The notes under the pieces were generated by a model that was given only the letters and a program-made list of their open reading frames with translations, did no database searches and was not told where the DNA came from. Below are positions 49,301 to 56,258 of a DNA stretch of 56,258 nucleotides, in pieces. The position numbers and the translations under genes are program-made. The DNA lies in the NCBI RefSeq assembly GCF_001194135.2, contig NC_069002.1:24470076-24526333 (forward strand), in the 5' to 3' direction. Each line of letters starts with the position of its first letter. Position 1 is the first letter of the stretch. This DNA comes from Octopus bimaculoides (taxonomy: Eukaryota).

Positions 49301-49389
49301 CAAAAATGGTTTTGCACTAAGAACGTAACAGCAGACGAAATACTGCTAAGCATTTCGCCCGACATGCTCACGATTCTGCCAACTAGAGA

Positions 49390-50045
49390 TTTCATTACCT
49401 TCGTGCGCTCAGGTTAGGGGATCCGTTTCAAGAAGCACAAGAAACTTTCAGTGAGAGATGGAACGGCTATTGGGAGGTGACTGCAGATTTACCAGGGTGC
49501 CAGGGATTCTTTCCCATCTCAATTACGAAAAAGCCGGACATTTTGATGTGGTGTGAAGGAAAGTAAGTTGTAAATTTAGTCGAGTTAACGGTTACTCATG
49601 AACCCCGCTCGGGCTCGAAAGATTGACTGTTATGTAAACCTCCTCAAGGAATGTGAAGACGCAGGCTGGAAAGCGAAACATTTTCCAATCGAAGTCGAGG
49701 GTTCGTTGGACACAGTGTGAGACGATTGTTGCTATTGTTAGGCCTAACTCATCGTAAAGTAAATACCACCATGACCGATATCCAATCTACAGTGGAGAAG
49801 GCTAGCCACTGGATTTCAGACGATGAGCGGTGGCTAGAGAAATATTGAGCTATATTTAATAACCAGTTGATCTAGCAAGCGGGACCTCATGTCAGTGAGG
49901 GGGGCCGGTGCGCATTGATGCCACCGAGATGTAGGCCCCGAAATGGCGCGCATTCTCTCCTGATGACTCCATACACTTGCTGGCTTCCGGTATGCGGAGT
50001 TCTCGACTGGTAGTACTTGCATGTGCGAGTTGTTTGCAAGACATT
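49390..50045 (+). mobile_element. HERO-type (R2 superfamily) non-LTR retrotransposon 3' end: RLE domain plus 3' UTR
   Basis: WEVTADLPG..KKPDILMW..VVNLVELTV..ECEDAGWKAKHFPIEV..GF..VEKASHWI matches the RPD..ELTVPWE..K..Y..L..GW...EVG.RGF..AS.W.W RLE motif. Confidence 0.8.
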
Positions 50046-50132
50046 TATGTATATACAATANNNNNNNNNNATATATATAAATGGTGGTGCCCCAGCATGG
50101 CCACAGCACATGAGCTGAAACTAGATAAAATG

Positions 50133-50175
<43 letters not shown>

Positions 50176-50338
50176 ATATACTTATATGTATATGTGTGTG
50201 TTTGACTGTATGCATGCATGTGTATATATATATGTGTGTGAATGAAAAGAAGACGAAGAACAAACACAAAAAAACGACAACACAAGGGCGTGGCACATGT
50301 AAAGTATTAGAAGACGCTCAGGGAAGGAAAGAAAGATG

Positions 50339-50375
50339 GTTCAATGTTTCGAGCAGATGCTCTTCTTCAGAAACA
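50339..50375 (-). ncRNA. minimal hammerhead-like motif in a PLE-type pLTR fragment (50230-50430)
   Basis: Minus strand GUUU-CUGAAGA-A-GAGC(AUCU)GCUC-GAAAC-AUU-GAAC: core intact, stems I and II pair, stem III has a G>A change. Confidence 0.55.
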
Positions 50376-50444
50376 AAGAAAGACATTAAGGACAAGTTGA
50401 TAGATTGAGAAGAGGGGAATTGCAGAACGAAAGCATATGAATAA

Positions 50445-52878
50445 TGCTGGAAAGAATATATAGAATAAGAGATAAAGGTTATGATTTGATATTAGAAGAA
50501 TTGAAACAAAGAGTAGTAGCAATCAAAGTAAAACTGGTAAGATATGACAGCAGAAAAAGACAAATTGTTTGAAGCAAATCAGTAGAATCCGTTTCAGGAA
50601 CTAGATGGGCAAATACACGTAACAAGGATACCAGATGCAGAGGCAAGGAAGGTATACTAGAGAGAGATCTGGGATCAACCTATAAAGTATAATGATGGAA
50701 CGGAGTGGCTGCATGAAATCTTAGATAGTTTAAGAATTACAGAAGCCCTAGAAGACATAAAGATAACTACTGAAATGATAAAAAAGGCAGTTAAGAAAAT
50801 TCTTAAATTGGAAGAGCCCAGGAACGGATGGGATCCAAGGTTATTGAATGAAGAAGCTGACAGGACTCGCTGAAAGGATAAAACTACAGCTAGACGAGTA
50901 CTTGCAGGAAGACACAGTACCCAGCTGGGTGACAAAGGGAAAGTCATTATTATGTGTCAAGAAAAGAGAAATGATGCATCCAACTTTAGACCAATGCCTT
51001 CCGCGAATGTGGAAATTAATGTCAGGTGCTTTGGCCGTTGAACTGTACAGATACTTGGGGAAAAGTTGGCTGCTCCCCATTGAACAGAAAGGGTGCCAAA
51101 AAAGGATCCGGGGAACGAAGGATCAGGTTTTAATTGATAATCTAATTACCAAGAACTGTAAGAGAAGATATACAAACCTGAGCTGGCATGAGTTGATTAT
51201 CGCAAAGCATACGATATGATGCCACTCTCCTGGATAATAAGAACAATGGAAATGTATGGAGTAGCAGAGAATATGAGAAGCCTTATACAGAATAGCATGA
51301 AATGCTGGAGGACAAAATTGACAGCAAGGAAACAAGTAGTAGGAGAGGCGAAAATCAAGAGAGGGCTCTTCTAGAGGGACAGTATATTTCTCCACAGATT
51401 TTCGTGTCGGGAATGATCCCCTTGAGTGAAATACTAGAGAAAACAAAGTTGGGGTATGATCTGGGAAAAGGTAAGGGAAAACTAAACCACTTGCTATTCA
51501 TGGACGACTTGAAGCTATTCATAAGTGGTGAAATAATGAAGGCGATTCAACCTCAGTCCAGCAATAAATACCTGGACATACTTGATGCAGATGGAATCAA
51601 ACACCACGACATGAAGGAAAAGACAAAAAGAGAGCATCTGCGTCGAGTGAGAAAAATACTGATTTCATAGCTAAATGACAGAAACTTGCGCGCAGGCCTA
51701 ATAGATCGCTACGGCGCTTGAATCCTGAAGTGGACAGTGGAGGAGCTAAAGGAGATGGACAGGAAGTCAAGAAAGCTCGTAAGGATACATGGAGCCCTTC
51801 ATCCACGTGCAGATACTGGTCGCCAATACATGAAGAGAGTAAATGTAGGAAGGGGACTGATAAGTGTGGAAGACTGCGTGCGTATCGAACTTGAGAGCTT
51901 AATGAGATAGCTGGCCCAAAGTAAAGAAGCCTTGCTTGTGACAGTTAGGAACGAGGGGGTATTGAAAGCAGAGAAAAAAAGGAAAAGCAAAGGAAGAAGT
52001 GCAAAAAGAACATGAAGACGAAGAACTACGCAAGAAGGGACTATACAATCAGTTCCACGTACACACAACAGAAGTTGCTGGAAAAACAGGTGGGATTGAC
52101 TGATGAAAGGAGCCCTAAAAAAAAGCGACCGAAAGAATTATACCGGCAGCGCAGGACCAAGCTTTCGCCACGAACTGGAGGTTCAACCTTAGGAATGAGC
52201 AAGTGTCTCCGTGGCGTGGCAGCTGCAATAGAGGGGATGAAATGATTCTTCTCATCACGAACTAATGTCCTACACTTGCTCAAAACCTCTACAAGTTGTA
52301 GCAAGACGACCAGCAAGCGAAACTGCTACATTGGAAACTGTGCGAAAACTGGGGGCAAGAGAGAGGTAAGATGTGGTATGAGCACAGACTGCAGAGAATG
52401 GTGGAGTCGGAGCCAAGCAAAATACTCTGGGATTTCCCAATCCAAACAGATCAGGTGCTAGAGCATAACAGACCGGACCTAGTAGTTGTGGACAAGGTGC
52501 ACCACATATACTGTATACTTGGTGTTGCATGCTCCTTGACCCACGAATAGTCAAGAAAGAAGGTGAAAAGATAGATAGATAAATACATCCCTCTTTAGTA
52601 CGAAATAGCGCGGCTATGGAAAATGAAGGTGAAAATAGTACCAATTATTGTTGGGTCATTGGGAACAGTATCGGAAGGCATCAAGAGGAATATAAAGAAA
52701 ATTGGAATAGAGTGCCCAGTACAACTGTTCCAAAAAGTTTGCCTCCTTGGCACGACCAAAATAATGAGGAAAGCATTAGATAGCTGAAACGAGCGAATAG
52801 CATGGTACCGTAGGCTGCAGGTAGTAAGCCCGCTACGCATACAAGACTCCAGGAGCTCAAATTACCTGTGGTAAAGAG

Positions 52879-52955
<77 letters not shown>
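50445..52955 (+). pseudogene. Dong/R4-like RLE non-LTR retrotransposon, 5'-truncated and degraded, with (AAT)n tail
   Basis: RT motifs EQKGC..RGTKDQVLID, DYRKAYD, NHLLFMDDLKLF; RLE-end motif IVPIIVGSLG..QKVCLLGTTKIMRKAL; stop ~52787; (AAT)n 52879-52955. Confidence 0.9.
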
Positions 52956-52969
52956 TCTTATCATTATTA

Positions 52970-53480
52970 CTGCGTGAAAGAGCAGTGCATGCCATCAAAG
53001 TGGCACTGGGGTAAAACATGCGAAGCGCAGTCTACCCATCATGACTACCCATCTGATAAGGATACACTAGGCACATGCATCACAGCCATGTGTCCGACAT
53101 GGTGATCTTATATCAAGATAAACAGCGCATGACCTTCCAGGTGCGGTCAAGTTAGAATTTTCTTCAGGTAAGTAGCCCATCCTGCTCAAAAGGTCCCTTA
53201 ATAAGAGGTGTTCAAGGATATGGAACGAAACAACAATGATTCCAAATGTGAACTATCAAAGCCCAAAATAATTCCTGTCAACACATGGCTATGATGCTCC
53301 CCCACTACTTCTGCTCATGATCAGAGATTCACATATTGTCAGCCACCAAGGGACATGCTCAACTGGTTAAGGTAATAAAAGTGACAAGCAAATCTGTGGT
53401 ATTAAGCAGAATATTTGCTGTAACTTCCAATCATTTAAGATGAGAAGTCATGAAAGCCACTGCCTGAGACTGCATCGGTG
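52970..53480 (-). mobile_element. non-coding ~510-bp element bounded by TAA-type repeats (putative non-autonomous retroelement or long 3' UTR)
   Basis: Non-repetitive, no ORF; minus-strand end ..CACTGCTCTTTCACGCAG-TAATAATGATAA; preceded on that strand by an (AAT)n tract. Confidence 0.45.
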
Positions 53481-53491
53481 TATTATTATTA

Positions 53492-53553
<62 letters not shown>

Positions 53554-53555
53554 TA

Positions 53556-53700
53556 GGCGGGGGAGCTGGCAGAATCATTAGCCTGCCGATAAATCAAACA
53601 CTTGTCGATAAATTAAATACCAGTTGCCTACTATGGTCGATCTAATCGACTGGTCCCCTCTCCCAAACGTCCAGGCCTTGTGCCTATAGTAGAAAGGATT
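53556..53700 (+). mobile_element. SINE family B, internally deleted, inserted in a (TTA)n/(TCA)n tract
   Basis: GGCGGGGAGCTGGCAGAATC head and GGCCTTGTGCCTATAGTAGAAAGG tail. Confidence 0.85.
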
Positions 53701-53734
<34 letters not shown>

Positions 53735-54135
53735 CCAATATCATTATTAGTTCAGACACGCACAACTGATTAAATGGTGGAGAAAAGATGTCTAACATTA
53801 GGCTACGAGTAACCTTAAATGCAAAGAACTTTCCCAAGTATCCTGGCTGTCCCTAATAATACTGTTTGCTGGAGCCGAACTAAACTAGACTTGATGCACC
53901 TATAGCTACAGATCTATTTTTAACTGCCTTTCCATTGTCCCTGTAACTTAATGGCTACTTCCTGATACTTTGCTAGTTTCTGTCTACTTCTCATAGTGGT
54001 TTTTTCATTATTTTGGACTGTAAAGTCAATTATCTGGCACTTTCCATTCTCTGTCTACTACTATAAATGAGGCCTTCTAGCTGTTATTACTCTGTCAGTC
54101 TGAATGTTAAACTTCCACATCTTATATTCCTATTA

Positions 54136-54136
<1 letters not shown>
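53701..54136 (-). mobile_element. Dong/R4-like 3' fragment (RLE domain), degraded
   Basis: FNIQTDRVITARRPHL..CQIIDF..KLAKYQEVA..LQQTVLLGTARILGKVL*. Confidence 0.8.
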
Positions 54137-54215
<79 letters not shown>

Positions 54216-55724
54216 GAAAACTCACAGCTTACCTTGCTGTGTATGATGGAAAGTGTCAGCTGCCCACAGCCAGCAGACTAAGGTGACACTTATTTACTGG
54301 TCATGCTGAGAACTCTTGCAGTTCCAAGCAATGCTAATTTTTGTAGGTGTCCTACCTTCACACCTATTTTTTTCATCCATGTTGGTAGCTGAGTGCTGAT
54401 ATTTCCAAGGGCACCAGTTACTATTGGTATCCCGCTACTCTACTCATTAACCACAACTTTCGTTTCACCTTCATCCTGTTATCACCGGGGCATACTCTTT
54501 AGATTATCATAGATGTTCTTTGTTTTTTATTCATCACAACAATCTCTGGTTTTCAATGTCTGGTCCGGTGATCACAATGAATCATTACATCCCACAGAAT
54601 TTTGCAATTGTCATTTTCGGGGACTCCTTCTGGAGTTTCCTCATACCACATTTTGCACTTTGTAAACCGGGATTTCCACAGACTTCCAAATAGATCATTC
54701 TTGCCACATTATCATGGCATCTTTTGTATTTGGGTTGTGTGAATTTCGGGCATTCGCTAATGATGTGCCATACCGTTTCACCGCTCTCACCAAACATTCT
54801 GCATTTGTCGCAATCGGTAGTGTTGTCTATTCTGCACTTCCTTAACGCTTGTTCCTGAGCTGCGCATATGAGTGCGTCTGTTTCTATCTTCAGGTCACTT
54901 CTCCTCATCCATAACCACCAGTCCTCTGTATCTTGATGGTCATATCTCTTGCAAACTCGCCGTACATTTTCTTTTCCTTCCATGCTTTTTCTTTTCTTTT
55001 TTTTTTTTTTGTTCATTTCTTGTGTAAACTTTTCTTTAGTTACACAATTTTCAGTTTTGATGACGCCGGGCGTCTTCGTGTGGTTCAACAGTGGTTCCAC
55101 GGCATTTTTTATATACCGCTCTAGGCTATTTCCCTCTACTTCGAAACAGTCCTGGAAAACCCCTCTCACCCTTTCCTCTGGACAAATACAGCCGATCGGT
55201 GTCACTCTTAGGGCAGAAGGCTCCCTGAACCGTCAACATTTTTCTGGTCTTGTTTTCCATTTTCTTCACTTTTCTCTTCATTTTATAATTCTCGCTCCAT
55301 ATCGAAGCGATGCTATCGTCCAACTGCTTGGATTATATTCCATCCAGTCTATTTTGGGCGCAACACCAACCGCAGTCCTCATTTCGTTTTCCATTATCTC
55401 ATTGAACTCTAGTACACCAAGGTATGTGTTTCTTTCCGATTCATTTTGCTTAATTAAGTCTCTGTTCGGTAATTCTATCCATGCCACTTTGTATGGAGAT
55501 TATTCCAATATCAGTACTAAAATGGTGGGCCGTGCTCACCAAGGAACTCACCTGTGTCTCATGTTTGCCATACAGTTTCAAATCATCCATGAAGATGTGG
55601 TGGTTGATTGTTTGGGATTTTTCCTTCAGTTGGTACTCCAGGTTCATTTTCCTAAGTACCAAAGTTATCATGCAGAAAACAAAAAGCAACGGAGATAGGG
55701 TATCACCCTGGAAAATCCCTCCAG
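54137..55724 (-). pseudogene. Dong/R4-like element, 5'-truncated in RT, with (AAT)n tail
   Basis: GIFQGDTLSPLLF, INHHIFMDDLKLYG, YLGVLE, LRYGA, CAAQEQAL..CRMFGESGETVWHIISEC..RCHD (CCHC), KILWD, QKLALLGTARVL; tail 54137-54213. Confidence 0.92.
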
Positions 55725-56258
55725 TATTATTATTATTATTATGTTGTTTTTTTTTCTTCTTTCTTCAAATTTTGTTCCATTTCTCGCCGAGTGTTTTCCG
55801 TACACCTAGGGCAGACAAACTCGTTGTATGCATTCCCAGTTTACACACGCAAATTCACAGGTAAAACATGTATTTAAGAAAAAAAGAATTCATGAATGAA
55901 TGTTGTTTTCACAGCTATAATGCTCTTCTCAGTACATGAGTCGTTCCAGTTAGCACGATTTTTTGCACTTCCTGTAGGGATGATAAGCCTGGTATCATTC
56001 TCAAATAGGTTTCAGTACCTTTTTTTATCATTCCTAGAGATCCTACAATCACTGGTATGATAGTCGCCTTGAGGTGCCACATTTTTTCAATTTCTATTAG
56101 CAAGTCTTTATATTTACTGATCTTGTCAAATTCTTTCGCCGCTATATTATGATAAGAGGGAATACTCATGTCAATTAATAAACACGTCTTCTTTGTCTGA
56201 TCTTTTATAATAATATCCGGTTTATTAGCTTTTATAGTCTTATCAGTATGTACGGGGA
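55725..56258 (-). mobile_element. Dong/R4-like element 3' end (intact RLE frame, continues beyond window)
   Basis: PVHTDKTIKANKPDIIIKD..CLLIDMSIP..KISKYKDL..IPVIVGSLG..QKIVLTGTTHVLRRAL* with no stops; 3' UTR 55743-55914; (AAT)n tail 55725-55742. Confidence 0.92.

Overview
AT-rich, gap-ridden eukaryotic genomic DNA with 10 N-gaps and dense (TA)n, (CA)n, (GATA)n and (TAA)n microsatellites. It is almost entirely transposon-derived, and no host gene could be identified with confidence. The SINE families and repeat style suggest an octopus genome, probably intronic or intergenic; this is an inference from recalled repeat families, not a database result. Recognisable content: more than 30 tRNA-derived SINE copies from about 4-5 families; two Penelope-like (GIY-YIG) fragments; several minimal hammerhead-ribozyme motifs; a Chapaev-like transposase relic; two DD37D (maT-type) Tc1/mariner relics; Helentron/HINE-like elements; a two-copy long-TIR non-autonomous family; RTE LINE fragments; a HERO-type RLE fragment; and a nest of four Dong/R4-like RLE retrotransposons stacked in (TAA)n tails at 50.4-56.3 kb. 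The most notable structure is a ~320 bp element at 12722-13044. It has a tRNA-like Pol III head, a hammerhead ribozyme and a head-to-head palindrome, and its inverted partner is joined almost exactly at the predicted self-cleavage site. Most ORFs in the supplied track are microsatellite or N-gap artefacts. Coordinates of degraded repeats are approximate.
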